From Callorhinchus milii (taxonomy: Eukaryota): a stretch of 64,000 bases of DNA. Position 1 is the stretch's first letter, and each line of letters opens with the position of its first letter. The translations under genes and the position numbers were made by a program. Location of the stretch: NCBI RefSeq assembly GCF_018977255.1, contig NW_024704742.1, forward strand, positions 9,736,001 through 9,800,000, written 5' to 3'. The notes under the pieces were generated by a model. It was not told the DNA's origin. It did no database searches and saw nothing but the letters and a program-made list of their open reading frames with translations. Shown here piece after piece: positions 36,652 through 49,118 of this stretch.

Positions 36652-37109
36652 TCAAGTATTTTATCTATAACACACTGTTTGTCTCAGGCACTCAAAGGCA
36701 AACAGATTCTATTGCTGTATCTCAGACGATGGACAGCCTAAATTTTTAAACCTCTCCTTTATTACCCAGTAAGAGGCAAAAGATCAAACTGCAGTAGATT
36801 TGGATATTTTCCAACAACTTTAGAAAGTATTAAAAGGCATTGTGTCTGCATTTTTCTCAAAGACTGGTGGCCCAGAGGGATTGAACTGTAAAACAGTTCA
36901 TGGACGAGTGTCAGGTAGCTGTCCAATGCTGGGACTGAAGCTGCCAGTATTACACAGTGATACATAACATCATCCATTAATGCACCATACTTACCCGAGG
37001 GAATGGATTACTGTCAGTGGCAGCTTAGCCCTTTGCTCTTGCAAAAAACTGCTTGTTAAGGAAGTTATTCAGTTGCTAATAACCAGTTCTGTCAATGCTT
37101 ACCCTGTGA

Positions 37110-37380
37110 GTACAAGTTCTCGCTGGAGGAAGCACTGTATAGTTGGAGATTCAGATGAGATGTTAAAACTGAAGTCCCATCTGGCTGTTCCACAAAAAAT
37201 CCTATGACACTATTCGACAAGAGAAGGGAGTTTCTTCCAGTGTCCTGGTAAACCACCCTCCAGCTGAAATTGATCATTGGTCCGAAAGACTTTTTCTTAT
37301 ATACCGCATTTATTAGCTGCCACATTTGCCTTCAAATGCACAGTCACTATACTTGGCAGTAATTATCTGTGAGGCGCTTT
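37110..37380 (+). mobile_element. Old Deu SINE fragment
   Basis: cagatgagatgttaaaactgaagtcccatc...gagaagggagtttc. Confidence 0.65.
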
Positions 37381-38859
37381 ACAATGGTGTAGGGTTTAGT
37401 CAAATTTATCATTTATTTATCTGTCAGATGGACTTTTGAACAGTCATTTGGATTAAAAGACAATTTAAATTTGGTTGAGCAGATTATTTATTGTAGACAC
37501 GCTTTTCATGTCTGCTATCTCAAATTACTTTCTCAGTAATGGCTTATCATGCTGAGTTTGTAGCTGCGAACCCAATGACACATTAAATGACTGATCCCCA
37601 CTCCTCCTTTGTTAGAGTTAATGCACTGTACTTGCCAAGTGGAAATCGCCTAGCTCTGTACTTCTGCAAGATGCACTTTGCCCATCCACTTTGAACATCC
37701 ATCAGCAGTCCTATTGAGGGAATATCTCAATAAAACCAACTGTGTTGTCTCTCACAGCCCTGGGCAAATCAATCCTACTCTAACAAATTGCTTGTCACAC
37801 TATTTCCAGCACATTGATCCAGCAATGTAATTTTCTTCTTGTGCTATGTGGACTGAAATAAATGGAGATGAATTACGCTCCTTAATTGGCATTGAAAAAC
37901 AGTGAGTCCACTGCACGTTTGTGGTAGAAATGTAAAATAGCAATTTTATTTGGGGAAAACTGACAGACTTGCTGGCAAAAAGAAGCAGATTTATTGCTCA
38001 GTAGTGTTTCATTGTTTACACAAAGCTTATTCTAAATCTAAATCCGTGTCACTTCTACAAGTGACAAAAACCCAAAGCTTTCGAACAAATTGTTGCACGA
38101 TAATGATCAGCACGTGCAGGTATTGAGAATTTCTATGAAGGTAACATTCAAGATTTTTTAAAAATGTAATGCAAATGGGTTTATTTGGTCAACCAGGTAT
38201 CTGACGCATGCAGAAACCCCACTGCTATGCTTAAGAGTATCCGAGGCAGATTGAAAATTCCACATATATGGAACTCTGGAACTTTGAAGTGAATGCCAAG
38301 TAAATTAGTCATCCACTTCACAGCTGTTTGTGGGACACTGCTGTGCACAAACTGGCTGCCACATTTTGCCCACAAAAACACACAGTAACCTCCAGCAAGG
38401 ACTTTGAGATGTCTCAATGATATGATAAGGCGCTATATCAAATGCAAGAATTATTATATGACACATATCTCAGCTTATAACATATATCCTGGCATTTCAT
38501 CTGGTTTAACATTAAAATAATCCTTACAAATATATTGAGCTGCCACATAAATGTCAGATTAAAACGCTAGTTAATGTAGTCCAGCAGGCTATTAAATGGT
38601 TCAATACATTTAGCTGCAAAACACAGGCACCAACGCTCTCATCAGTCGCACAAGTCCATTTTATGTGGCTTTAAAAAGTCTTGAGAAAAAGTACATCGTC
38701 TGTATTGGCCTGGAAGCAAAAGTTATTTTGGGCTTCAAATCGCTAAGGTGGCAAGTTTCCTTACTCCAAATGGCTCTGTTTACCGAGCACTAAGTAGGAA
38801 CCCTTACTGCTAGGTTAGTCGATTGGCGGATCGCTTTCTGGGAGAAACAGTTTGTGTGT

Positions 38860-39313
38860 CAGTCTAGCTCAATTGGTAGCACTCTTGTCTCTGAGTCAGA
38901 AGGTTGTGGGTTCAAGCTTCATGTCGGGACATGGAAGAACATATTCTAAGCTAACCCTCCAATGAAGTGCTGTTGGGGGGAGTGAGGTGTTTGTATTGTC
39001 GGAGGTGCTGTTTTTCAGATGAAATGTTAGACTGAGGTCTCATCTGCCCTGTTTAAGTGGATTTTAAACATCTCATGGCACTATTCAAAAAGAGAAGGGA
39101 GTCTTTCCTGATGTTCTGGCCAACATACCCTCAACATAAAAATTGGTCACTCACTCCATGGCTAATTGCAGGTCATTGTTGAGGACAACTGGCTACCACA
39201 TTTCACCCACAAAATACAGTTAATTCACTTTACAGTAGATCCTGTGAAGCGCTTTGATTCATCTCAATGATATGATATTGTGCTATATCAAATGCAAGGA
39301 GGATTATTATTAT
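38860..39313 (+). mobile_element. Old Deu-domain SINE (SacSINE1/AmnSINE1-like), full length
   Basis: A box tagctcaattgg, B box ggttcaagc, core tgtcggaggtgc...cagatgaaatgttagactgagg...catggcactattc, tail shared with the young SINE. Confidence 0.85.
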
Positions 39314-39373
39314 AATGGGAAATCCCACTAGAAGCAGACATTGCCTGGTTAATGTTGAACGTAATATTCACCT

Positions 39374-39575
39374 TAGAAATTCCACCAGGGTCTGGATTTA
39401 TTCCATTTTCCTAGCATTTTGGTACATTCATAATCTGGCAAATTCATAAATACAACTTTAACATTGGAGCCTATTTTCTGTTCATTAACCCTGAATTGAA
39501 CAACTTGCCACATTCAGGGTAATTTATAAAATGCCACATAAAGAGTGTGATTCTAGGCCCAGGTGGAATTCTGCC
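39374..39575. mobile_element. Hairpin MITE family copy
   Basis: tagaaattccaccagggtctggattt ... ctaggcccaggtggaattctgcc. Confidence 0.7.
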
Positions 39576-41845
39576 TAGATTTATTTTTCTCCTTTTTTTA
39601 AAAATTCTACTTTTTCCAAAGTAAGAGAACCAAGAAATGTGCTTACTCTAAGCACAGCAACATACACAGTGAAAATGTGACAAAAAGTAATCTAGCAGAT
39701 GTAATGAAACTTACTATTAATAATACCAGCTGTTCATCCTTGTGAAATCCAGTTCCAATTATCAGTGCTGAGGTTTTCATAAATTTATGACCCTGTGGTG
39801 AAGTATGAACTGACACAAATTTCATTATTAAGTAGTAAAATGTAGCAAAAGATTAGTAAAGCGATGCATGTCAAAGTTATGGTTTTATCAAATCAATGCT
39901 TATGACAGGTTAGTAAAGTTCACTGCAATGAGTTGATCAAACCGGCTTTGATGAGGAATTGACTTATTAACATGCGTCAATCCATGTTGATTGTAGTGTA
40001 TCCCACTTTCTTCGAGATTGGTTGTGGGTAGCTGGTCTATTCTCTCGTCTCTGATATAACCCAAAACAACTCTGGTTATTTATACCTTTATGGTCACATA
40101 CACCAGTATGTTCAATGTGTTGTTAGAAACACCAGCTGCAAACTAAGGACAAACTTTCAGAAAATTCCAACAGCTTGTTTCAAACAAGTCTTTGTTTGCC
40201 CACAATGATGTTGAAGAAAACTTCTGTAAACATGCTTCAACTGTCCTTGGCCTTCATGCACCTGCAGCTTTTCTGAAGGAAACAAATCCACGAATCTCCG
40301 TGATTTTCGTTTGGTCAACTCAAGCAACTCAGAATTCTGGGATTGCTTACAGACTTTTAGGAAACACATAGGAAAAACATTGATAGTATCCTAATGCACA
40401 AGAATCTGTAACACTGGTGATTTCTGCCTGAAGTAAACAAACTAAACAGATAAGTCAGGAGATTTCTGTTTTGTTTGACCTTCATACTTCTGATGAAGTT
40501 TGATGAAGACACATTGATATAATCAACGTTTGACAGAGGATTAAATAATCTCAGGCTGCCTGAGATTTTTCCTTTTTGGCACATTTTATTGGTTCCCCCT
40601 TTCTTCTTTTCTTCCTGCACCAGAGCAAAGTGCTGTCTGGATATTGTTCTTGTTCCATCAATCATGTCCAAACAGCCGCAATGTGTCCATTCATATGAAT
40701 CTGTGTTCATTAGAGCTTTCTTGTTTGGACTCTTCAGAAAGTGGTCAAGCGAAGTAAAGTAAGTTTGGAAAATGGAGTTATTCTTGAGTTTATTTTATGA
40801 GAATTTTCAATCCTATTAGTCAGGGTTTGATGTTTGATGTAACAAGTGAGTGAAAGTGAAACGATTTCTAAGGGTGATACCTTTTCCCAATTTTTCCCAG
40901 TGCTTTTGTGTTTCAATTTTTTGTTCCACTTTGCCTTTTGCTGCCTTGCTTTGAGTTGTTTTGACAACGTGATAAAGTGCTGTATTCTTTGAAGTTTCTT
41001 CCACATTAATATGGGAGAACAGGTGATTCACATCAAAACTGCGACTGAAATTCCATTTGGGTCTAGATTTATTCCTCTTCCTAGTAAAAACCCACTGTAT
41101 CGTCCACCTACCTCAGGCTGCAGGACTTCATGCTTTTGTCTCTAGACATCGAATTGGTTCTATTGTTGCTCTAAATGAAACAATGTATGTATCAGGCCTT
41201 CCATACAATATCAGGTTCTACAGGGTGTCCACAAAGTCCTGTTACCCCCTGTTACAGCAACATGAGACTACAGAGGAACTGAAACAAGCTGCCAGAGGTG
41301 CATTTCACCTCCTCACTCCATCCATGTTACGAAGTTGTCGCACTGAACATGGCGTCAGATCATTATCTGCCATGAAAATAATGGCGCTCACGCTCACACC
41401 GATCCTCTGGACAATTAAGTACAGTTAAACACTTGTTCTGAATACAATGGAGTGCTTCTAATTGCAATTATTATCATTCTTCCACAGGTTTCAGTTGATG
41501 ATCGATGCACTGTAGAAAAAACATCTGGGTGTAACAGGGTCTTGGCAACACCATGTACAATATAAGAAGATACCATTCAGTCCCTCAAGCCTAAGATAGT
41601 GCTTCTCCAATTCTAATTTCCTGCTCAAATCTTTTTCTATTCTTCCTCTTCAAATGTTTATCCACTTACTGTTTAAATATTACTAAATATCGTCAGCCTC
41701 AACAGTCACTTGTGGCAAAGCACCTCATATTCTCTAACAACCCTCTCTAATAACCCTCTGTGTGAAACCTGAGGGCTTCCTCCTCATGTTTCTCCCCACT
41801 GATGGAAGTGAATATTAACTACAGCATCACTGCAAACTACATTGA

Positions 41846-42080
41846 ATAAAATTGCATCTGACTCAAGATTTACTCTATTGACATAACATTTCAGAGCCTC
41901 TAGAATCTGTCAAATTGTTGAATTTCAAGCTAAACTTTCATGCTGCTTTTTTGAGGTTCTTAAAATAATATAGAGAAACCTGCTTCAAAATTAGAGGCTA
42001 TATTTAAGAATTTGCTAAAGAATTTAAGGATGGTGAAATGCTACATTAATAAGGTAAAGCTAGACTCAGGTGCAATTTTT
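41846..42080. mobile_element. Hairpin MITE family copy
   Basis: aaaattgcatctgactcaagatt ... aagctagactcaggtgcaattttt. Confidence 0.65.
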
Positions 42081-42204
42081 CAGATCCCTCAGTAACCAAC
42101 GCTTTGTAAAAAGGCTTCAGAATAATAATGGAATGGAGGGTACTAGGTAGAGATTTGGGGAGAGAATTCCAGGGAGAGTTCCAACATATAACCTGTGGTG
42201 ACAT

Positions 42205-42710
42205 AACAACAACAACTTTCATTTATATACTGTTCCTCATGGAGGGTAACATCCCAGAGCACTTGACAGTGGTGGAGCATAATGCTGAGCTGGGGGGAGG
42301 GGGAATGTGACCGTAGGCAGGGTCGAAGAGGAAGGTTTTGAGGATTGATCTGAAGATGGGGAAGGAAGGGGCAAGGGAGAGGGATAGAGGAAGAGTGTTC
42401 AAGAGCTTCGGGGAATAGTGGCAAAAGTGCGGCCACCAGTTGTGGAACGGAGGGCACAAGGGACATGCAGAAGGCCGGAGCCAGTCGAGTGGAGGCAGCG
42501 GGTTGTGGGTTGGGGGGATAAGCAGGTCGGAGAGGTAGGGAGGTGTCAGGGCATGAAAGGATTTGAAAACGAGTGTGAGGATCTTGAAATTGATCCATTC
42601 GGCGATAGCGAGCCAGTGGAGCGCTAACATGTGATATGTTGTAGACAGTAGATCTCATGAGGAGGCGAGAGCCAGTGGAGCCTGGCTAGAACTGGTGTGA
42701 TGGGGGTACA
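42205..42710 (-). mobile_element. L2 3' fragment
   Basis: LHWLAIAEWINFKILTLVFKSFHALTPPYLSDLL. Confidence 0.9.
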
Positions 42711-43164
42711 GAGTTTAGTGCCAGGTGTTCTCTCTTGCTCACACACACATATCTACCCCATATGTTATGCAATGATGCTGTAGTTAATATCAACTTTCTA
42801 TCAGTGCAGAGAAAAGTGAGGAGGAAGCACTCAGGGTTCACAGAGTATTATTAAAGAGAATTCTTAGAGAACATGAGGTGCTTTGACACAAGTGCTTGTT
42901 GAAGCTGATGATATTTAAACAGTAAATGGATCTATAGTCCATTTCACTCTTTAAATCTGTCCTCTCATATTTTTCACCTTTTCTTGATAATTGTAATAGA
43001 GAATTTCTGCAGTCTCTTTCCTTGTTATTGATTTTTTTTCCCTCTCACTTGGTGAATGTAGCAGCCATGAAGTGAATTACCAGTTTTATCTGGAAGATTG
43101 AAACTCATCTGGAATCCTGAAACTCATCAGAAATGTACCAATCTTGAAATGTCCTGCTTACAGC

Positions 43165-43370
43165 ATTGCTCCAATCACCAGGGGTGGTATTGTAGGTGTC
43201 AGTCAGAGTGCCATACATCAGGTGATTGATGTGCTGTTACAGAAGGCTGGCAGATTCATCTAGTTTTCCGAGAAACATAAGAGATAGTTGCCAGACAACA
43301 GACAGTTCATGATATTACCGTATCTCCCATTTCTCGGGATGTGTTAGACAGTATTTATATAGAAATGCAG
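43165..43370 (+). pseudogene. Relic of a PIF/Harbinger (HARBI1-like) transposase
   Basis: GVSQSAIHQVIDVLLQKAGRFI*F, then after a frameshift RQQTVHDITVSPISRDVLDSIYI; parallels the Harbinger GISQ...QV...FI.FP...AGFP...GAIDCTHI block as recalled. Confidence 0.55.
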
Positions 43371-43394
43371 GTATTTTCCTTAACCTGATAAAAG

Positions 43395-43526
43395 GCAAAA
43401 TCCTGCAGGTACCGGAAAACTGAAACGTTTTGACGAAAGATCATTGACCTAAAATATTAACTCACTTTCCTCTCTCCATAGATGCTGCCTGACCTGCTGA
43501 GTGTTCCCAGCAACTTCTGTTTTTAC
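43395..43526 (+). mobile_element. Penelope-type terminal fragment with decayed hammerhead-like motif
   Basis: ttgacga-aagatca-t-tgacct-aaaa followed by ctctctccatagatgctgcctgacctgctgag, shared with 34596 and 50416. Confidence 0.6.
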
Positions 43527-44254
43527 CCTTAACCCAATGATGACTTTTGAGATGCTTTTTTGCATTCCTTCACTGCCCACCAAATGCTTCCCTTGGTGAA
43601 TGACAAATTCCCAAATAAGAATCAGTGTAATCTTTGCATTCGATATAACGTTTTTCACTTCAGGTGGACATCCTGTAAAGCGCTTTGAAGTGAAAGGCGT
43701 TATATCAAATGCAAGGATTATTGTCATCATTGTTAACAACCCTCCAGATAAAACTGACCATTCATTTCATGGCTGCTGCATTCACCTACAAATACTTAGT
43801 CACTATGTCTAATAAAAACTTTGTGAAGCACATTCAGACATTTTCAATGTTATAAGGGCTATATCAAATTGGAGGATGACCTCTGAACCCTGAGTCCTAC
43901 CCAGATGACCTCAGTGTGGCACATATATGTATGTAACATGCTACATTCAGCACATGTTCCTTGGTTTCAGAATCATTCATATTTGTTGCAAGCGATCTGA
44001 GAGTCAAGGAGCTGGTTGGAGTTGGGCTGTAAAAAATGATGTGGTGTTATCTGTTTGCCTTTTAAAGTCAGCAGAAAATCCAAATCAATACAAACCCATA
44101 CAAAGAGTTTTTACCCAATTTACCCGAAGCTGGGAAGGGGTTGCGTAAATTTATTTTTCCACTTGAGTTAGCCTTTAAATCCCTCCATGGTCTTGCCCCA
44201 CCACTGCAACATCCTTAAACTCCGAAAAAAACAATTGCTCCCTCCACTCAGCGA

Positions 44255-44424
44255 GCACCAGCCTACTTCACGTCCCCCACCGCATCCACTCCACCATCAG
44301 CCTATCTGCCACCATCCTGTAGTCCCTATAACTCACTCCTTTCATCGCCTCCTTCAAGATCCTTGGGACGTGCTCCCAAAGTGAAAGGGGCTCTATAAAT
44401 CTAATATTTTTGTTGTTGTTGTTG
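44255..44424 (+). mobile_element. L2 3' fragment
   Basis: ccttgggacgtgctcccaaagtgaaagg, (TTG)n. Confidence 0.7.
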
Positions 44425-44479
44425 TCCACTCACATCCTTCCTCCAAACTGGCTTTTGGTAATCTTTGCCACCCATAACC

Positions 44480-44705
44480 AATCGATTGCTAGTTGATTTG
44501 TGGATCACTTTTCCGGGGGAAATAATTCCTTAAAAAAAATTGGTCACTTCAATTAACGAGTGTTGCTGTGCCCAATTGGCTGTCATGTTTTGCCCACAAA
44601 ATATACAGTCAATTCACTTTACAGTATATTCTGTGAAGCGCTTTGAGACATCTCGAAGACGTGATAAGGCGCTATATCAAATACAAGGATTCTTATTATT
44701 ATTAT
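44480..44705 (+). mobile_element. Young SINE subfamily A, 3' part
   Basis: gagacatctcgaagacgtgataaggcgc tail. Confidence 0.85.
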
Positions 44706-45517
44706 ATGAGTTCCAAGTCCCATCATGGGGCTTGCACACACAGCCTTCTAACTCAAAAGCGAGAGTGCTACCGCTGAGCCAGGTGAGAAATAATCTTTGC
44801 TTTCATGTTCAGAATAATCCGTATTCAAAGCTCACATGTCAATTTCATAAGCCACTTAGAATCATAGAATCACAAAAGGAGTCTATTCAGTCCATTGTGC
44901 CTGTGCCAGCTTTGTGAAAGAGCTATCCAACTAGTTCCACTCTCCCGCTTGGAGGTTTGTAAGTTATCAGAGAAGGTGCTGGGCTATGAATCCATTACGT
45001 TAGTGAACTGCTCTGCACCAGGTAGTGTGGATTTCAAGGTCATCAACATCATGAAATCTGGCAGATTCTGCTCATGTTCAATACAAAGCGAGTCTCAAAT
45101 TTAGAACCTACCTCAAACTCACTCCTAGCCTCAGCACTTTTAGATTGGAGGCATTGGAGAGATGGAAAGATTGGAAATATCAACAGTGTTAGAGTAAAGT
45201 AATGTTCCCCCGAGATTGGGCTGTCTGGCTTTGTTGGTTTAATACAGGAAGACTTTTGTTGCTTTGTAACAACACAAGGAACAACTTGATTCATTCTTCA
45301 GCATCACGTTTCACAATAACATATCACAAAATCAATATCTACAGAGAGATATAGCTGCTGACATTCAGATACGTGATCAGTTTGTGGAACGATCGTATGA
45401 GGGATGGGAACCTTTGAGGATGTGGGCTGCTGCCAAGTCCTGCTCATTGTGATTAACGTTGTGTACGTTTTAAAGGTTACTTTCACCTTTGACGTGCATT
45501 GCTTTCACCTTTGACAA

Positions 45518-45980
45518 TACCAGGGCTAAAAGTATTAAATTATGAGGACAGGTTCCATAAACTTGGTCTCTATTCCCTTGAGTTTAGAAGGTTGAGGGGT
45601 GATCTGATTAACGTTTTTAAAATGATCAAGGGATTCAATAGGGTAGATACAGAGAAACTATTTCCTCTGGTGGGGAATGCAGGACAAGGGGCATCATTTT
45701 AAAATTAGAGCTAGGCCATTTAGGAGTGAAATCAGAAGACAGTTTTTCAACCAAAGGGTAGTGTAAATCTGGAACTCTCCTCCAAAAGGCTGTGGATGCT
45801 GGATCCATTCACATCTTCAAGACTGAGGTGAGTAGCTATTTGTTAGGTCAGGGTATTCAGGGATATGGGGCAAGGGTGAATAATTGGACTTGAAGTACAG
45901 ATTAGCCATGATCTTATAGAATGATGGAACAGACTCGAGGGGCTGAATGGTCTCTTCCTGTTTCTATGTTCCTATGTTTC
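45518..45980 (+). mobile_element. CR1 3' fragment
   Basis: IPGLKVLNYEDRFHKLGLYSLEFRRLRGDLI; tail ttctatgttcctatg. Confidence 0.92.
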
Positions 45981-46199
45981 TGTGCTGTGGACTACAGGGT
46001 CTAAAACAATGTTTTTATAGGAGTCTCTAATAAACACAACTGTGGCATGCCGACCCATATGAGTCCCATTAATTAAGTAGATGATGTCAGATCGGGGTTC
46101 TGTAGACATCTTTTGTTGTCTGTCTTATTTCAGAATTGCAGTGTTTGCAGTCTGGCACCCTCAAAACAGATTTGTTTGTGGGATTTGTTCATAATACTG

Positions 46200-46465
46200 T
46201 TAATATTCCTTGCATTTGATATAGTATCTCATCTTGTCATCAAAACTTCTCAAAGCACATCAAAGGATTTTCTGTAAATTGGAGTAACTGTGTATTTTAT
46301 AGGCGAACGCAGCAGCCAATTTACATACAGCAGTGTCCCAAATTTCCTCCTCTTTTCGAATAGTGACAACATCCATCTGAACAGGCAGAAAGGACCTCGG
46401 ATTAATGTCTCATCTGAAGGATGGCACATCCACCAAAGTGGCACTCTTCCAGCATTGCAGTATCA
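46200..46465 (-). mobile_element. Old Deu SINE with deletion
   Basis: Tail plus atccatctgaacaggcag...gtctcatctgaaggatggcac. Confidence 0.75.
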
Positions 46466-47229
46466 CCCTTGTTTGGTTGAAATGCTAAATGACATATACA
46501 AATTGTTGATCTAACACCTACTGAAGCTTCCTTGAATGCATTTCATGTGCATCGGATGTTGGAGTGGACAGGAGCTGACTCCATAACAAATTGTAAATGT
46601 ACCTTATGAATACACAACAGGGTTTTTTTCTGAAGGGTCAAGCCAAGTGTCTGACTTATTCTCAAGGGTATTCATATTCTCAATCTTCCCCCTACCCTGT
46701 GTCTTTTTAACAGAAAATCCCATTATGCAGATATGCTTTATTACATCCTTCCCATGCCATTATTTCTGCATCCTAAGATAAACATAATGAGATGCGACTG
46801 TGCTCTACTAAAGTGAAATGGTTATAGCCTTCGTAGTTCCAAATATATCCTGAATTCTCATTTCTGTTCAACTCTCCGCAGTCTCTCATTAGCACCCCTC
46901 ACCTGATACACTTTCGCAAAGTGCAATTTTTCTTTCCACAGCTGAATGGAGTGGCTAATTTACAAGTGACAAAGCAAATGAGTACTGGTTTAATTTGGAA
47001 GAGGAAAAACAAGGATAACAAATAGATTATTTTATTTTAATACTTGAATTGTATTTTAATTTTTTGATCTATTTTAATGCAGACTATTTGAGGAAAGAAA
47101 GGCCCTTTAATATTCCCCACAGAACTGAGCTATCTCTCATATCCTTCTGCACAACTGCTATATTCATAATGCACACTATGCAATTATATAAGGCCCAAAT
47201 TCCACCCAGTCTTAGCCTGCATTTTGTGG

Positions 47230-47405
47230 GCTAGGCTGCTGCTGATGACAGCACAGTCAGCTTGGCTCATCGGCAGCACCTAAAACAGCAGACCAATCAC
47301 TGGGGGCAGGGACTCTTCTTACTCAGCTCCTGTTAACCCTGCAAGCCATAGCCCTAACATGGTGGTATTAGGTGGACCAGAAGCAGGAAAGCTTGCCAAA
47401 CAACA
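47230..47405. repeat. Unclassified interspersed repeat, copy 2
   Basis: Aligns to about 29205-29365. Confidence 0.75.
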
Positions 47406-47409
47406 CCCA

Positions 47410-48581
47410 TTTTCAGAAGGCATTCAACAAGGTGCCACATAAAGGGTTGTTACATAAGATTAGGGCTCATGGAATTTAGGGTAAGATAGTAGCATGGATC
47501 GAAGTGTGGTTAACAGGCAGAAAACAGAGCAGGGATAAATGAGTCCTCAGATTAGCAGTTTGTGACTAGTGGAGTGGTGTAAGGATCAGTGCTTGGGCCT
47601 CATCTGTTTACAGTCTCAATGACTTAGATGAGAAAATGGAGCTTAATGTATCTAAACTCGCGGACAATACAAAGCTAAGTGGAAAGTAAGCTGTGAGGAG
47701 GACACAAGGAGGATGCAAAGGGATATAGACAGGTTAAGTGAGTGGGCAAGAAGGTGAGAGATGGAATATAATAGTGGGAAGTGGGAAGTTATTCAGGTAG
47801 AAAAAATAGAAAAGCAGATTATTTTCTAGAGGGAGAGAGACTATATAGTGTTCGTATTCAGAGGGATTTAGCTTTTACACCAATCACAGAAAGTTAGTAT
47901 GCAGGAACAGCAAGTAATTGGGAAGGCTAATAACATGTTAGTGTTTATTGCAAAGGGGTTAGAGGACAAGAGTAGGGAAGTCTGGCTGCAGTTGTATAGA
48001 GCCTTGGTGAGACTGCACCTGGAATATTGTGTGCAGTTTTGGTCTTCTTATCTAAGAAAGGTTATACTCACCTTAGAGGGGGTGCAGGGTAGGTTCATTT
48101 GGTTGGTTCCTGGGATGAGGGGTTGACTTATGAGGAGAGATTGAGTAAACTAGGCCAATATTCTCTGGAATATAAAAGAACTAGAGGTGATCTCATAGAA
48201 ACCGAAAAGATTCTTAAGGATCTTGACAGGGTAGATGCTGTGAGAGTGTTTCCCCTGGTTGGAGAATCTAAAACTAGGGGTCATAGTCTCAGGATTAAAG
48301 GTCAGTCCTTTAGAACTGAATTGAAAAAAACATTTCTTCACTCAGAGGTAGTGAATTTATGGAATTCTCTGTCCCAGAAGGCTGTGGATGCTCAGTCATT
48401 GAACATATTCAAGACTGAGATCGATAGATTTTTAAAAACTAAAGGGATTAAGGGATATGGGGATAGGACGGGTAAATGGAATTAGGTTAGAAGATCAGCC
48501 ATGATCTTATTAAATGGCGGGGCAGGCTCGAGGGGCCAAATGGCCTACTCTTGCTCCTATTTCTTATGTTCTTATGTTCTT
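47410..48581 (+). mobile_element. CR1 family 1, 5'-truncated, frameshifted
   Basis: KAFNKVPHK...QLYRALVRLHLEYCVQFWS; tail ttcttatgttcttatgttct. Confidence 0.95.
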
Positions 48582-48782
48582 AAGGGTTGAAATCAGTGAT
48601 ACTTACTCTGTGGTTTGTGTATCCTATGATGAAATAATGGCACCTTTTAAACACACAGCACACAATGGGGTCTAATTTGTACCATCTGCAAAAGCATTTG
48701 TAAATGCAAAATCCCAGATGGATAATAAACCAACCCTTTGCTCAGATAACAATCACAGCTAAGGCTTCCATCAAATTGAATG

Positions 48783-49118
48783 CAGTCACTGGGGGCAGGG
48801 AGTCCTCCCACTCAGCTCCTGTTAACCCTGCAAGCCAAAGCCCTAATGGGTAGGGTTGTCCTAGGTGGACAAATAACGGAAAAGCTTGCTTTACAGCGAT
48901 ATCAATGGGAAGTTATGCAGTTTTAGCTGGTTAGATTCCAGTAATACCCCAACACATACTCTGGGATCCCCAGACAACCTGCACCTCATAATTTCTGGAA
49001 TTAGGTAAGCAGGAAACTCCCCCCAGAGTGTGTGGGATGCATGGAATTCTCAGCTTGGTTTGGGTACTCTTAAGCACGGTGATGGGTTTCTTCATGTGTC
49101 GGACACTCGGCTGACCAC
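48783..49118. repeat. Unclassified interspersed repeat, copy 3
   Basis: Aligns to about 29268-29731. Confidence 0.75.
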
